A stretch of DNA of 62,676 nucleotides, filler included, from Sphacelaria rigidula (GCA_964200075.2; 10 parts of 10 records of this genome joined end to end with filler, not necessarily neighbours in it), one strand, 5' to 3'; counted from the first letter of the whole stretch, positions 1-13,007 are shown. A program made the numbers and translations. Notes: generated by a model not told the origin, from the sequence alone.

Positions 1-3000
1 CTGTGTCGATGAGATATTGCTTTAAGAGCTTAAATCCGTTTTAAGGCTGGCCCAGCTTGTATAAATTATAAATCACGGATCGTCACCACCTGCACGACAA
101 GATCACAACAGAAACGAAGAAAATGGCTTACTCTTTAAATCATTTAATTCAATGTGTTATATTTATTTCAATCAAGACGGTACCTGATGGGCCCGGAGCC
201 GGCTGATGCGCACACAACGGTGTAACTGCCCGGCAGTAAGGTGTGAAGTGCGGTCGTCATCAGAACGATATCAAGGCGGTTCTGTAGCTCAACTCAGGCA
301 TGGGGATATTCAACAACCTTCGCAGCCTCACGAGGAGTCCTCCGTCTTCTTCTAGACCCGGTCGATCAAGACGGCAACATGGAATAAATTATCCGCAGCA
401 GGGAGGGGTATGTTTTTTACCGGTGCAGCGTGGGGGCGTTTCCGTTTGACGTTTCCACCTGACTGCAGTAGTAACTGTTCTGTAACAGCGGTGTTTACCG
501 CCTTGCGTAGATGTGTGAGACACTATGCGTTGGTGCAGCACGCGTGGCGTTGATAGATGTTTGGTGTGGTCGATGTAATGAAGATGCCGTGATTCGTTTT
601 CGTTGAGTTCCTCGCCAACAGGACAGGACAACAACACAATCTGTGACGGTACTTATGAATAATAGATCAACTATAGTAGTCTTGTAGTGAACAGGCACCG
701 TCTGTTGAAAGCACCCTTAACTGAGTTACCGTGTCTTGAACGGTTGCTGTGGCGCAAAATTATGCGACATGCATGCCGCTATTGCTCGATTGCCGTCAAG
801 ATATCCATATACTTGGCTCATCCGACCCTTCATGTCACAGACAAGAAGTGCCGCGTATTATCAACGTACAGTCAGCTGTACTCTGTACCTCCCTCCTCAT
901 GGGAAATCTGTACATGACAGTTGAAGTGAAAACACGGTATAACGTAGTATTCGTTCATGCGGGTCAGAACGGACGATGATCGCCGGGTGTGATGTCCCAC
1001 CACAAGCACGAAGGGGTCAGTTCGATGCAGCCCGACATACCCCCACGGTACGGCCTGAAATGCTGGGCTTCTCGCTACTGTGTTCGCTGCCTTGGGTTGC
1101 TTGTGGCAATTGTTGTTCTGACATTATGGGAAATGAGAATAAGGCGCCGAACGGATTATGATCTGATGAATTTCTTAAACAGCGCAGTGCCACTACATGT
1201 ACGGATGGATCCGCGCGGTACAACCATCGCTCGTTGGCAACCTTGACCGCACGGGTGGGTCGTGCGGGTGTTTTGCTCATATTTCAATTCAAAACGGTGC
1301 CGATTCGATAGATGATACCTCTTTACCCAACGCTTCCACCATCAACGTGGGTCGTCCATGTTCATTTTCAAGCGTCAACGTATGACCCACCGTCGTGGTT
1401 CAGGGGTTGGCTAACCCCTTGCTTTGCTAGTGAAATGCCACAGATCAACCCGAGATTGATCACTGGTCATGACAGAACAGAAACGGCATTGGCACATACG
1501 GACTCATTTTTAAGATGATCTACTGTACTGTATTTCGCGGTGGGAAGGTTCAGCCCTTGGAGGCGCGCGCCCGGAGGCGGGGGGGGGGGGGATGCTCAGA
1601 CACCACGAATTGGTCCTCGATCAATTGACCAGCACAGATTTCTCATGTACTGGACTAGTGTGCAGTGTTGTTCCTTTTCAATGTTATCGAGGCATTGTCA
1701 TGAACTTATAATTCATCATCCCCGGCGTCAATCGGAGACGGTCATACTCTAAGGCCTGAAATATGCTGAGACTAAAAGGGGCGGACGTCCCTGGAAGAGA
1801 AGTCTCCACATCAGTACGGATACCTGGCGCTACCGACCAGCTTTCGCGCGGTTGACAGCCGGATGGGAAAGTATACCTATCACTACGAATGTAGAAATCG
1901 TTTATTCCACAATATGTATCCGCGCAATGTAATACCCGACGAAGTTGACACTGCGTGTTCCTAGTGCCAGTACAGCGAGTACTGTAGAACTGACAGTATG
2001 ATGCGAGCCACACCTCGACAGGGCTAGAATACCTGCGATCCATTCGTGAAGAAAAAAAAAATGCAACTCGCACTCTGTCCTATTTTGGAACCAAGCGAAA
2101 ACTCTGCGCAGGTGTGATCACGCGCCTGCCAGAGAAGGGCAAATGTCTTCACGTGGGAGCACACTACGGAAAATGTCTGATTGATTCATATAGAAGAGAA
2201 CTACAGCAACTGCCCCTGTCATTTTCAGATCGTTGTGGTAACGCCCACACTAGGTCTGGCACTGTGAGGGAGGAGACGTTGCCCCCTGCCCAAACAGGTC
2301 CGCAGTGGTCCTTGACAGAAGACACTCGTCTCCTTGCCTGCGTTGTGCGGCCGCGTCTTGCTCGGCACGACGTATAAAACTCAGGGACATCTACCTCTAA
2401 CATATGGTGAACCTTAACTAGCGTTTTTTTCCGGCCTTGGTGCCAGCTTCGACTAACAGGGGGGCGATGTAAACAACCAGGATGGCAAGATCTACTCCTG
2501 TCTCCGCGCGGATTTCATACTGTTACCCTCTAGAACTGTCATCAGAAAGTGTTCTTGTTTTCGGAATCGCTGCAGCATCGTGCATAATCATCCTTTCAAG
2601 CCATGCAGCGCACAAAACGCCTTGGGTCGCCGAAACTGCTGCGCCAACACCTACCTTTCCGGAACAAAATCATCGACTATGCTTAAATGCCAGTAACCCC
2701 GACGCTATATGTCTTCGTTTAGCAGCTGATTTTGCGGGTGCGGGCAGCGCGACTCCCGATGCCACCATACCGTGTGTTTATAACGTGGTGCTGACTTCAC
2801 CAACCCCTCCCCTCGCCAGACTGGTGCAAACCCCGGTTCGTTTCAGCACGCTCGTACGTACCTAACCTTTATCCTGTAAAGGTGGGTACAGAAGCTGGCA
2901 TATGGAGAGGAGCGGTAAAATTGTATCTTCGATGATATATATTTACCGGTACTGAAGGTCAGCCTGTTGAAAACGTTCCGAAAGGCGGTCTCGCGCCCGA

Positions 3001-3169
3001 ACTTGCTAACAACCGATTATTATTTTTTCTCGCGACGGAGACCAGAGAGACCTTGCTCGGTGTGCTCGTGAAGGTGATGCCGACTCCACAGATGGGCCAC
3101 GTCCGGCGGTCGCAGAAGATTAGTTCACCACTCGGTAGGAATTGAGCTTTCTCGGATATTCATGATTTC

Positions 3170-3333
3170 GAATAACCCCAACCCTAACCTGAACCCTCAC
3201 TCCAACGAAAGCATACCGAGAACCCTCGGGCAAGAGGGGTGCAAAGTGTTCTTTGGGTTAACGTTAGCGTTGCGAAACCTCAAGTCGGCGCCGATGTGGA
3301 CTGAAACGCGTTATGCGCACACTAGGAGCACAG
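3170..3333 (+). repeat. Family C dispersed repeat with telomere-like AACCCT motifs
   Basis: Homologous copies at 4005-4197(-), 10870-10935(+), 11468-11660(-), 29555-29690(+). Confidence 0.7.
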
Positions 3334-5730
3334 CCATGAAATGCGTAGACTGCTACACTTACCACACGGTACTCCAACTAAAAACGTTTGTTATGTATCT
3401 CTCTGATTAGCCCCCGGGGGTCATACAGTGACAGGGCTATGAACGCGTACAATCATCATATTCCAATTGTTCCGCGGAACTGTCAAGCTGTATCCTCGGA
3501 ATAATCAAGCACTGCGTGCAGGGGTTGAGATGTACTACACATGTCCAAAGCGTCCTCCCTCAATTGTGGCCTGTCTGCATCATAGCCCCCTTCCCCCGCC
3601 CCCTCCCCTGCGGGCGAAATGTTGCGTGTGTATTGTGCGGGGAAAACTACTTCATACGAAGCAGGGGCGAGATTATGACTCTGATATTGCCGCTGCGGTG
3701 GCGGCTTCTCTTGACGACGACGTCCTCGTGGGAGCAGCTGAATCAGGTTGGTTCTGCTTGTCCATTTAAAAACAAAATCACGGAGGGACAGCTTTTTTTT
3801 ACTTCTCATCCTGGATCATGTTTCTTTTCCCACGGAGTGGTCTGTAATGAAAATCGTGGTACCCGTACAATAGTTTGGTAGGTGGATGGCACATCGATTG
3901 ATTTGCCTGTTGCACATAATAGAGTAGTTCACCCCAGCGGGGCTACAATCTATCCGTGATTGATATTACTTGGTTTGAGTGTGAACAACGAGGATTTGGA
4001 TCTTACGTGGGGCTGACAGTCCCGTGTGCTCCCAGCGTGTGCAGAACGCGTTTTCGTTCAAATCGGCGTCGGCGCCTACGGCGGCGATTTGATGTCTACA
4101 AACGCACACTTTGCTCAGGGGGGCTCTATGCACAGCCCTTGCTCGAAGGTTCTCGGTATGCCTTGGGTTGGGATTGGGGTTGGGGTGAGGGTTAGCGATG
4201 GATGTAAAATGTGTCGACCAGATGTAAATTGTAGCCCAACTGGGGTAATTCCTCCCCGTTGCACGTTAACCGATCCGCTTCGAATGTAGTAGCCGCGGTC
4301 ATGAGACGGGCGTTAACCCAAAGGTACATTGAATGAAAAATTTGGATAGAATGAACATGATAGCAATTGCCGTCTCTTGTTGAGACTGCAGAACGGATGG
4401 TGCAACAGTGGTACTCGATCAATTTGGTTGATCGATTGATGGGGCTGGGTAGTAGCGCAGCCAGCCACTTTCCTGGATTTCACCACTACCTTGGGACTGC
4501 GGCAAAGTCCCGCCGGAGACACCCCGCCGGAGGTTTCACGTGATTCAGGATCACTTATTTTTTGTCACATTGATCTCAAAGGATCAACCCATATCTCCTC
4601 GGTACATGCTTTACATTCGGGTCTTGTAGATTGGGTCATGACTATCAGCACTCCCGTGACGCGTCAACTCTCGCCAAACGAACGCAGTCAACTGCTTCTT
4701 GTTTACTCACGAACTCACGCTTTCGACGGTGGACATCAGATACTTGGAGAAAAACAAATCCAGCGCATCGGGAATCAATCCCACGTCCTCTCCACCCTAA
4801 TGGTGACAGTCGAATCATTTGATCACCGGGACGCGGCGTCATTCGCTACTCGCGGAGCAAAATAAATGCGATTCGGCTTCACTCGTGGCGCAGTTAGATG
4901 GATTTCCGTTGGATGATGAGGCGTTATAGTGGGGCGTACTTAAAAAGTGCAATAGGAAAGTACTGGCGGTGCTGGGTGCTCTGTTTCCAGTACCACTACA
5001 CTGGCAGTACCAGTGGTATTGCCAGTGTAAAGTTGTCCAGTACCCAACCCTATCGACGATTGACCAATTGATAAGTCGGTTGTCGTACATGAAACTGATT
5101 CCGCCGCAAGTCCAGCGATGGTTGGTTGCACGGTAAGATTTGCATAGCCAAGGTGGACAAGTACACGGAAACACTTGAAATGTAGAAGACAGTACTCGTA
5201 TTGGAGATGAAAAGAGAAGGAGATTATCCTACCTTTGTTGTTTGGTCATGATCCAATACCGCTGGTTCACTTACAATAGATGGACAGGTTCCCGGGTCGC
5301 GACCTTTTGACATCTCGGAAACACCGGTTTTGGATCATGACCAAACACTCCCGCACCGCGTCCGCTGTCGTCGAACAAACCCAGTCAAATTGAAGGTATT
5401 TCTGGTACTCACATCTCCACGCTCCCAAGCCGAGGAGAGTTCAAATCCCGGCCGACACTTATTTATCCCGAGGACTATTTGATTTCCGTCGTTGAAGAAG
5501 TGAAGACGTGACGTGAGTAGCTGAGAACATAACATGAATGAAGGTCGGTGGTTCGAGAGTGCTGATCCAATCCGCAGAACCATAATTTCAGGCATGCACG
5601 GGAGGGGGGCGAGACTTGTTCATCTGTTGAGGCTACCGAGCCGTCCAGAGGAAAGGAAGATGTTGAAAGTACTGCAGAAACAAACCAAAAATGTACTAGA
5701 TCTATTCCGTTAAACGAACCCCCTCGAGAG

Positions 5731-5824
5731 GGTGCTCTGTCTCGAAAGGGATGCGTGGTCAATGATCAAATGACTAAGGCAAGCGGCAAATGAGTACCCT
5801 CCAGCCCCCTCCACCTCCCCCTCC
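5731..5824 (+). mobile_element. Family A LINE 3' stub with C-rich tail
   Basis: GTCTCGAAAGGGATGCGTGGTCAATGATCAAATGACTAAGGCAAGCGGCAAATGAGTAC followed by C-rich tract. Confidence 0.8.
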
Positions 5825-6179
5825 CCTGGTCCGGCGGGAACCCGGCGTGCTCTGTTCCGGCTTTGTGGGGACGGACCCCCGATAGGGTTGGCGTCGGTTG
5901 GCTATGACGCTGTAAAACACGCCACTCACTGCCAAGCTAGGCAACCAGGTTGCCGATTTGTTTCGCGCGCTTGCGTTTTTTTTTTGCGATAATCATGATG
6001 GTGGTCGAGCTAGATCATATTGTGCGGGTTGGGCGAACCCCAACTCCGCGCAAAGGGGATGATCGTACTAGGTCGTGTTTAAATGGTGAGACACCCATGA
6101 GGCAGTGTGTAACCAGTGGCTGTCTCTGGAAGTGGCAACACCAAAAAATGAAGCAACCCATTGGAGGCTGTCATCCAAA
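5825..6179 (+). mobile_element. Family B non-autonomous element, 5' part
   Basis: Starts CCTGGTCCGGCG directly after a C-tract; homologous to 12558-12950, 13008-13525, 18836-18945. Confidence 0.75.
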
Positions 6180-6279
6180 NNNNNNNNNNNNNNNNNNNNN
6201 NNNNNNNNNNNNNNNNNNNNNNNTTAATTAATTAANNNNNNNNNNNNNNNNNNNNNNNNNNNNNNNNNNNNNNNNNNNN
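6180..6279. other. Artificial contig linker (N44-TTAATTAATTAA-N44)
   Basis: 100-bp spacer with stops in all six frames; identical copies recur about every 6278 bp. Confidence 0.97.
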
Positions 6280-7168
6280 TGCACGAAACTAGAAATAGCG
6301 AAGTGCATGGTTCAAGGTTCCTTCCTGTCCTCTGGGGACAAAACAAAAGAAAAAGGGAAAAAGTGTATCGGGTGAAGTATCGAGGGCCTAATGGCAACAG
6401 GAGATGCGCAATAGGCTCATACTTTTCTCAGTATATATATATACCATTAAGCAGCATTCTCAGTACATGCGACTACAGAGGATCAACCAAGGACCATGTG
6501 AAGCCGGACTCGTGGAACCCCCCCCCCCCCTCCCTCTGTCTGAGGGAGCGTTATCACGCACGTTGTTCAAGGTGCGTGATAATATAGCAGTAAATGCAGC
6601 AAAGCAAGAGGTCAAGGTGGGTGAAAATATGGTATCAGGATTCATGTTCACTGATGATATTGTGGGAATTTCAGGGACACCAAAAGGATTGCAGAAGCAG
6701 ACATACAAGGCGCTAGAATACACTAGGAAATGGAGAGTCACAGCGAACGTTCACATATACGCGGTACTTGTCTGTAACGAAGATGATAAGAAAAATCCGG
6801 TAGAGTTCAAATGAAAGTGGGGAGGAGAGAAACTGCCGCTCGTACACCAGTATACATACCTTGGTGTAGAGATCTCAAGAAACTGTTCTTGGGATGCACA
6901 CATAAATAAAGTGATAAAAACAGTAAAGGCATAGATAGATGGGCAGGATGGACGTGATCCTTAGAGACCCGCACCTAGACACTAGGATCAAGAGATGTAT
7001 TCTGATGAACGTGATCGTGCCAAAGCAGAAATATTCAGGAAAAGTATGGGAGGGGAACGCGAGGTTTGTGGAGCAGTTAGAAACAGTACAGATGGCAGCA
7101 GCTGAAAAGATACTTGGATGCTCGAAAACGACGAGTAATACTGTGTTAGGAGCAGAGTTGGGAATGTA

Positions 7169-7679
7169 CGAACTGGGCCGGCCATCAGTGTTTTTTTAAC
7201 GAAGAATGTAGATGCTTTCGGGGGTTCGGAGAGCCAGGCGCTGAAATATTGACACGACATTTTCATCATCAATCCGCGCAACCCTGTAAGGGATGTCACG
7301 GGAAAAATACCCCAGGAAGTTAGAGCGAGTTGAAGTTTTAGCAAAAACTGGAAAAATGCTGTGACTTCCTCAAAAATTGATAATGATGACAACGCTCCGG
7401 CACATCCGGGCACTCGCGTCAAGCACATCCTAGTAAACGTTTCAGGCAAAAATACGTGAAAGTGGGCTTCGCGTCGCACTTTTTGTGTGACCCCGATGGT
7501 CAAACTGATACAACAGCCTCAAATTACACAGGTAACGAGCTCGAATCCCGACACGACAACTTTTTTTGTGTGTGCATACTAATCGTGCATAATCTCTCTT
7601 ACCTCTGGGTTGCAAAGGATCTCGATATTTTGGAGACGGTCTTGCATTTGGGTGGGTGGGTTGGGGGTGGGTTGGGGGT

Positions 7680-7710
<31 letters not shown>

Positions 7711-8136
7711 AGCGCAGTTTCAAGTAGTACTTCTGCCTCGTGCGGTGATATAGGACAGCTGGCTCGAAGGTTCTCTCCCATTATAAAGCTCATGACGAGC
7801 TCGATGCCATCTTGCAGCACCACCAGTGTGCTTTTCTTGCCTGGACATGCCGGGTGTGCGTATGCCTACGCGGCGCAACGGTCTATCGTAGTTCCACCGC
7901 ATTTTGTGAAACAAAACGTCTCAAGACACGTTGTCACGCATTGGCAAGCGACGAACCCGGTACTCAATGCAGTGCACCAACACCATCGCCAAAACTGCGC
8001 CCATCAATCAGCGGCGGTGCCGTGTTACCTGCTGAGTGTTCAGTTCACAGCGATATGCTCAAGTCGCGCTGATGTGGGAAACTTGAAAAGTTGTAGTGCG
8101 GAGAGAGAATGTGATATTTACTTCCGGCCCAGCTCG
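7169..8136 (+). mobile_element. Internally deleted Tc1/mariner-type DNA transposon nested in the LINE
   Basis: TIRs CGA(A/G)CTGGGCCGG, TA duplication (7167-7168, 8137-8138), transposase remnant DNAPAHP at 7388-7408; removing it restores the LINE frame LGMYSLQ. Confidence 0.8.
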
Positions 8137-8458
8137 TACTCGCTCCAAAGAGACAAATGAGGAAATTGCAATGGCAGTATAGCTTGTAGAACATGCATAG
8201 AAAGAGATTGCCAGCTATAGTTGATAGGGCTGTAGAGAAGAAAAGTACGAGAGGGAAGCCTAGAATAGGGTGGGATAGAGAAGTCGAGAAAGTGTGGAAG
8301 GAGATGGGCGGAAACCAAGACGAAATATTGCCAATAGGTCAAGACGCGGGGTACAAGACAAAAATAAGAGATATGATACAAATGAGGGGGAAACGAGCGC
8401 TCAGACGCAAAGTAGACGAGGATAAACATCTGGACATATACGGGGGGTTGAGAGCGGG

Positions 8459-8551
8459 GGAGGGGGGGGGAGGAAGGGGGGGCGTACGCATTTGTTGCTT
8501 GCCTTAGTCGTGTGATCATTGATCACGCATCCCTTTCGAGACGGAGCACAA
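8459..8551 (-). mobile_element. Family A LINE 3' stub inserted antisense into another copy
   Basis: Reverse complement of the conserved tail plus a G-rich run; GGGTTGAGAG duplicated on both flanks. Confidence 0.8.
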
Positions 8552-9875
8552 GGGTTGAGAGAGAGGATAGGGATCGAATCATATTTGCATGGCCCAATGG
8601 ACGCTGGGAAAAATATGAAACTGCGATTTCGGGTGGGGCACCTGGACCTGCAGGAAAGAAGAGATATACCAGTCGTCGGAAGAAAGAGGAAGGAGATGGA
8701 CAGAACTGCCCCTATGAAGCAAAAATCATAGAGTTGCGGAGTGTGAACTATACAAGGAGGAACGGCACGTGCTGAAGGAGAAATCGCGGGATGTGAACGA
8801 AGATGGCATGAAATCGTTTGATGTATTAGACAGTAGGGAGAAAATGATGGCCACAGACGGGGAAACAAGACGAGGATGAGATGTGTAGAAGGTTCTTGTG
8901 TAATGTATGGAAGGAACGTAATGAGCGCCGGAATGTTGAAGGTGTCCTTGTTAGAAGTACGAGCAGTGGTCCGTCTCGGAAGGAATGCGTGGTCAATGGT
9001 CAGACGACCAAGGCAAGCAGCACCTAAGTACGCCCCCCCCCCGTCAGGCGACCACGTGAACCGCTACTCCTACCTGTATATACACATACAACACGTTCGT
9101 GTGGAACGTATACATGCGGTTCAGCCCGCTCCCCCCTGCCATGTTCGCGGATGTCAGCGGCAATGCCTGCACCTCGCGCACGACCCTGCACATACGGTAA
9201 ACCGATCGCGGGGGGGAATGAGGTACGGGGGCAATCGAAGGAACTAACGGTTGGACAGGATGAACAATGTTTACTCTTAATATGACCTACTTTTTCACTC
9301 CCCGTAGGATACTCGCTATATCGTACCGTCCCAATGGATCAATCCTTGAGCTTGTTTTTCAGCGTTGCACTGCAACCCAGGCACATGTATTCACGTGACA
9401 CATGGAGTATCGTAAATTTTGCGTTCACAGACTCTAATTTTTTACCCGCGGTTAACTTCGTTATTTTTTCCCTTTTGCGCATTCAGGCCGCAGAAATTGT
9501 TGATGTGGTGATCTGGCCAGCGATGATTCATTTGTCCCACCCTTGCACACAGAAGCAAATGCATCTTACCAGCGACGCCCATTCTGATCACTACTCTGTG
9601 TAACCCTTCGCGGAAGATGGGTTGCTGTCGTCAAGGCTCATGTCCGCCTTCTGGTTGCTTAGCCCAAATACATTCGGGGGGGGGGCGGGCAGGTGAAAAC
9701 TAAATCCAAGACATGGAACACAACACAAACACGGCATGGAGCGCAACACAGAAAAAAACTAAATCCAAGACATGGAACACATTTGGGACAGAGTCAGGAA
9801 ACACATCACGAAACACCAACGGGCACGAAACTGACGGAGTATACAGTCCACCTGACGAACTCAGGTAAAAATCAA

Positions 9876-10187
9876 CCCTTAGACGTCGAACGCAGGTCAT
9901 CTGTTGAATCGGCATCACTTTCACTCGAGAAAAGTGCGCATGGTCCAGGGGGACTATCCCCCCCCCCGGCGGCTGCCGACGCCCCCGCCCCCCCTACCCC
10001 GCACCCGACACCCCCCCACCTCCCCCGCCCCGCCACACCCNNNNNNNNNNGGTCTTTGTTTGAACCGGCACCCCTTCCCCCCGAGAAAAGGGGGCAGGGT
10101 CCGGGGGGACTCCCCCCCCCCCCCCCCCCGCGGTTACGACTAAGGCAAGCAACAAGTGAGTACGCCCCCCCCCCCGCGGTTCAAGGG
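9876..10187. mobile_element. piggyBac-like MITE
   Basis: Ends CCCTTAGAC../..CAAGGG flanked by TCAA and TTAA; related ends at 11883 and 25114-25168 (followed by TTAA). Confidence 0.65.
10136..10164 (+). mobile_element. 29-bp family A LINE stub with TSD
   Basis: ACGACTAAGGCAAGCAACAAGTGAGTACG flanked on both sides by C11-GCGGTT. Confidence 0.85.
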
Positions 10188-11467
10188 TTAACCTCCCGTC
10201 AGAGAAAAGTGTCGCGTAGAGCAGCTCGTCAGAAACGCACTCAGCGTCAAAAGACGTATACAGAAACATGATCATTGGGAAAGAAAAAAAAAAGTGCCAT
10301 TAAATATATCATGAGCAGATACCCACCGCTTCGAGTCGAGATCCTGCGGGACCTGCGGCAGCCTGGAGAGATTGCTGTCAATCAGCACGTCTCCATCTCC
10401 TTCTCCGATCCTATAATCCAACCGACGAAAAAATCGCAGGCGTAACGATCAGTAAAAACACTCTCACAAGGCACACAACATTTGATCCGTAGGAACAACG
10501 AGTTAACAAAACAAAACAAGAAAACTGCAAGTGCGAAGTTGGCGGTAAACATATTTTACTCCGCGTGCAATAATACTCCGTGTAACAAGACTACGATATT
10601 ACTTATAGTCAGTAGGTGAAGCTTGACGAATTTTTGTGGTTGACTTTTTTTTTTTTTTGTAAACACCGATACTCGGATCTTCATCAGGGCTGACAGTTTC
10701 CCATGCGTCGTGAGAACCACGGTATATCAGAATCAGTAGAGCTTGACGCATCTGTCGTGAAAAAAATGGTTGACACCGATATTCGCATCATTATTAGAGC
10801 TGACAGTCTCAAAATTGGAGGGCACCCAAAGAAACGTACGTAAACAATGGTTGGTACTGTGGAGATGGCGCCAATCCTAATCCCAACGCTAACCCCAAAC
10901 CCTCGGGCAAGGGGGGTGCAAAGTGTCCTACCCCTTTTGGAGCCCATTGCCGATTCTTGTGTTCGTGAATCGGCATTATTTTCAATCGTTTTCAAGTCAA
11001 AATGATGCCGATTCACAAAAAACAAAAATCGTCAATGGGTTCCCGAAGGGTATCGACGCTTTTGAGCTGATTTTGGACCAAAACACGTTTTGGACGAGCT
11101 GGGTCTGTAATGCCCCCCAAATCACAGATTTTCCCATAACTTTCTTCATTCTAAAATCGAGTAAAAATCGAGTACCAACCACTGTTTGGGTACATTTCTT
11201 CAGGCCTCCTGCAACATGGATCGCATCACCTAATTGTTGCAATTTAACTAATCCATCCTCCCCAGGTAGTCATGACCCAGGCGTAGCCATTACCCACATG
11301 ATAGGCGGTTAACCGAGACAAGAAAAAAACTGCATCTCTCGCCGCTAAAAAAAAAGTCAAGAGGAAGAAAAAAATAGTTCCGCGACAACAACAGTATTCA
11401 TTCAATCAAAACGACGTTTCGACGCAGTTGTCGCTAGGAACGATTTCAACACCATTTTTTCGGATCT

Positions 11468-11660
11468 TTCGTGGGGGATGATAATCCCCAGTGCTCCTAC
11501 CGTGCGCAGAACGCGTCCTTGTCCGAAACGGCGTCGGAGGCGCCGCTTTGAGTTCTGCCACCGGACACGGACACCTGGCCCGAGGAACCCTTTCCACCCC
11601 TCTTTGCGCGAGGGTTCTTGGTATACCTTGGGTTTGGGGTTAGCGTTAGGGTTGGCGTGA
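11468..11660 (-). repeat. Family C repeat with terminal hairpin
   Basis: Ends GGGGAT-TATC-ATCCCC-CACG on the minus strand; similar hairpin plus CACG at 4005-4025. Confidence 0.65.
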
Positions 11661-11856
11661 GTTATTTTTTTCAAAAATAAGATTTTCTGATGAACTTATT
11701 TTACCTATTGTTCAACAAAAAAAAACGTGCAAGCAAGCACGACTATTACCCCGACTCGGGTGAACGATATCTTTATCCAACCAATCATTCATGCCGTCCC
11801 GTCCCGGTGGGCTAGCTGATACATCCCAACTTTCCCCTTTCCCCCCCTCCCCAACC

Positions 11857-11867
11857 AAATGAGTACG
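11857..11867 (+). mobile_element. 11-bp family A LINE stub with 16-bp TSD
   Basis: AAATGAGTACG flanked on both sides by CCCCCCCTCCCCAACC. Confidence 0.75.
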
Positions 11868-12457
11868 CCCCCCCCTCCCCAACCGTTAGACGGCGAGAGG
11901 AGGTCATCTGTTGAATCGACATCAGTTTCACTTGACAACAGTAGTATGATCCAGATGAACTACTGTACCCTCGCCGTCCAAATGTTAAGTTGTAAAAAAG
12001 CAACCCATTATTTTGTAACCCGAACACACAAAAGTTCAAATACCGAGTAGTATCACGGTACATTTTTTCTCGCCACACCGTCAGGTCAGGAAAGGGTGGA
12101 TTTATTATTCGCGAGGTGGGCGTTTATTTTGGATTTTCTCCTGCGAAAGCATCTGATGCCTGCTTCTAAACGCATGAGGACGCGAGTACCTATGTAGCAA
12201 AAATATAAAGAGGGTGTCTTGAATTGAGTTTGTTCGACAAGAGTGTACTGATCCGGATCCGCGATACCCAAATGCAATGCGTCAAGATATTCTTCGTTGT
12301 TTTAATTGTTTTGTTGCACCATTAGGACAAATCATCACGACTCTTAATCACCAAATTCACCATTTCTTCGGCCTAATTTTGCCCAAAAAGGAGAAAAAAC
12401 TTGATCGCTGGTCCAAGGGGTATCCACGCAACTCTTGCGCCATTCCACGTGTCTGGG

Positions 12458-12557
12458 NNNNNNNNNNNNNNNNNNNNNNNNNNNNNNNNNNNNNNNNNNN
12501 NTTAATTAATTAANNNNNNNNNNNNNNNNNNNNNNNNNNNNNNNNNNNNNNNNNNNN
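12458..12557. other. Artificial contig linker
   Basis: N44-TTAATTAATTAA-N44. Confidence 0.97.
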
Positions 12558-12950
12558 CGTGGTGTGTTCGGCGAGTCGCATGATTGGTGAGCTGCACACT
12601 GCTAAGATTGTTCGGCCCGAAGCCTGCTGATGATCTTGCATTTGAATGACAGCCTCCAATGAGTTGTTTATTCTTTGGTATCGCCACTTCCTGAGACAGC
12701 CACGGCTTATACACCGCCTCATGGGTGTCTCATCGTGTAAACACTACGTACTGCGATCATCCCCATTGTGCGGAGTCGAGGTTCTCCCCCGCTGCACAAC
12801 ATAATCTAGCTCGACTACCATCATGGTTACCGCAGAAAAAAACGCAAGTGCGCAAAATATCGGTAACCTGGATGTCTAGCTTACGCAGTGAGTGGCGTGT
12901 TTTATAGCGTCATCGCCAACCGACGCCAACCCCATCCGGGCTCTGCCCCA
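12558..12950 (-). mobile_element. Family B element, partial
   Basis: Reverse-complement homology to 5880-6179. Confidence 0.75.
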
Positions 12951-13007
12951 GGCGGGCGGGGGGGGGGCGTACTCACTCGCCTCACTCACCCGCTACTCGA
13001 TCCGTCT

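Larger units (their letters stand above)
6532..9041 (+). mobile_element. 5'-truncated degenerate LINE (family A, RTE/RTEX-like), with two nested insertions
   Basis: RT motifs ALSRTLF..VSGFMFTDDIVG..GLQKQ..KWRVTAN, YTYLG, RLPAIV..RGKPRIGW, degenerate Cys/His knuckle, then the conserved 3' tail ending ...AAGTACG-C10; stops and frameshifts. Confidence 0.88.

Noticed and set aside
3176..3200. True telomere
   Set aside because: Short, degenerate and internal to a dispersed repeat.
4630..5400. Protein-coding gene
   Set aside because: Stop-ridden; similar to 35350-35525, so probably an old retroelement remnant, but the family cannot be assigned.
6224..6235. Periodic TTAATTAATTAA palindrome as a biological repeat
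   Set aside because: Embedded in N padding at exact 100-bp spacers; an assembly linker.
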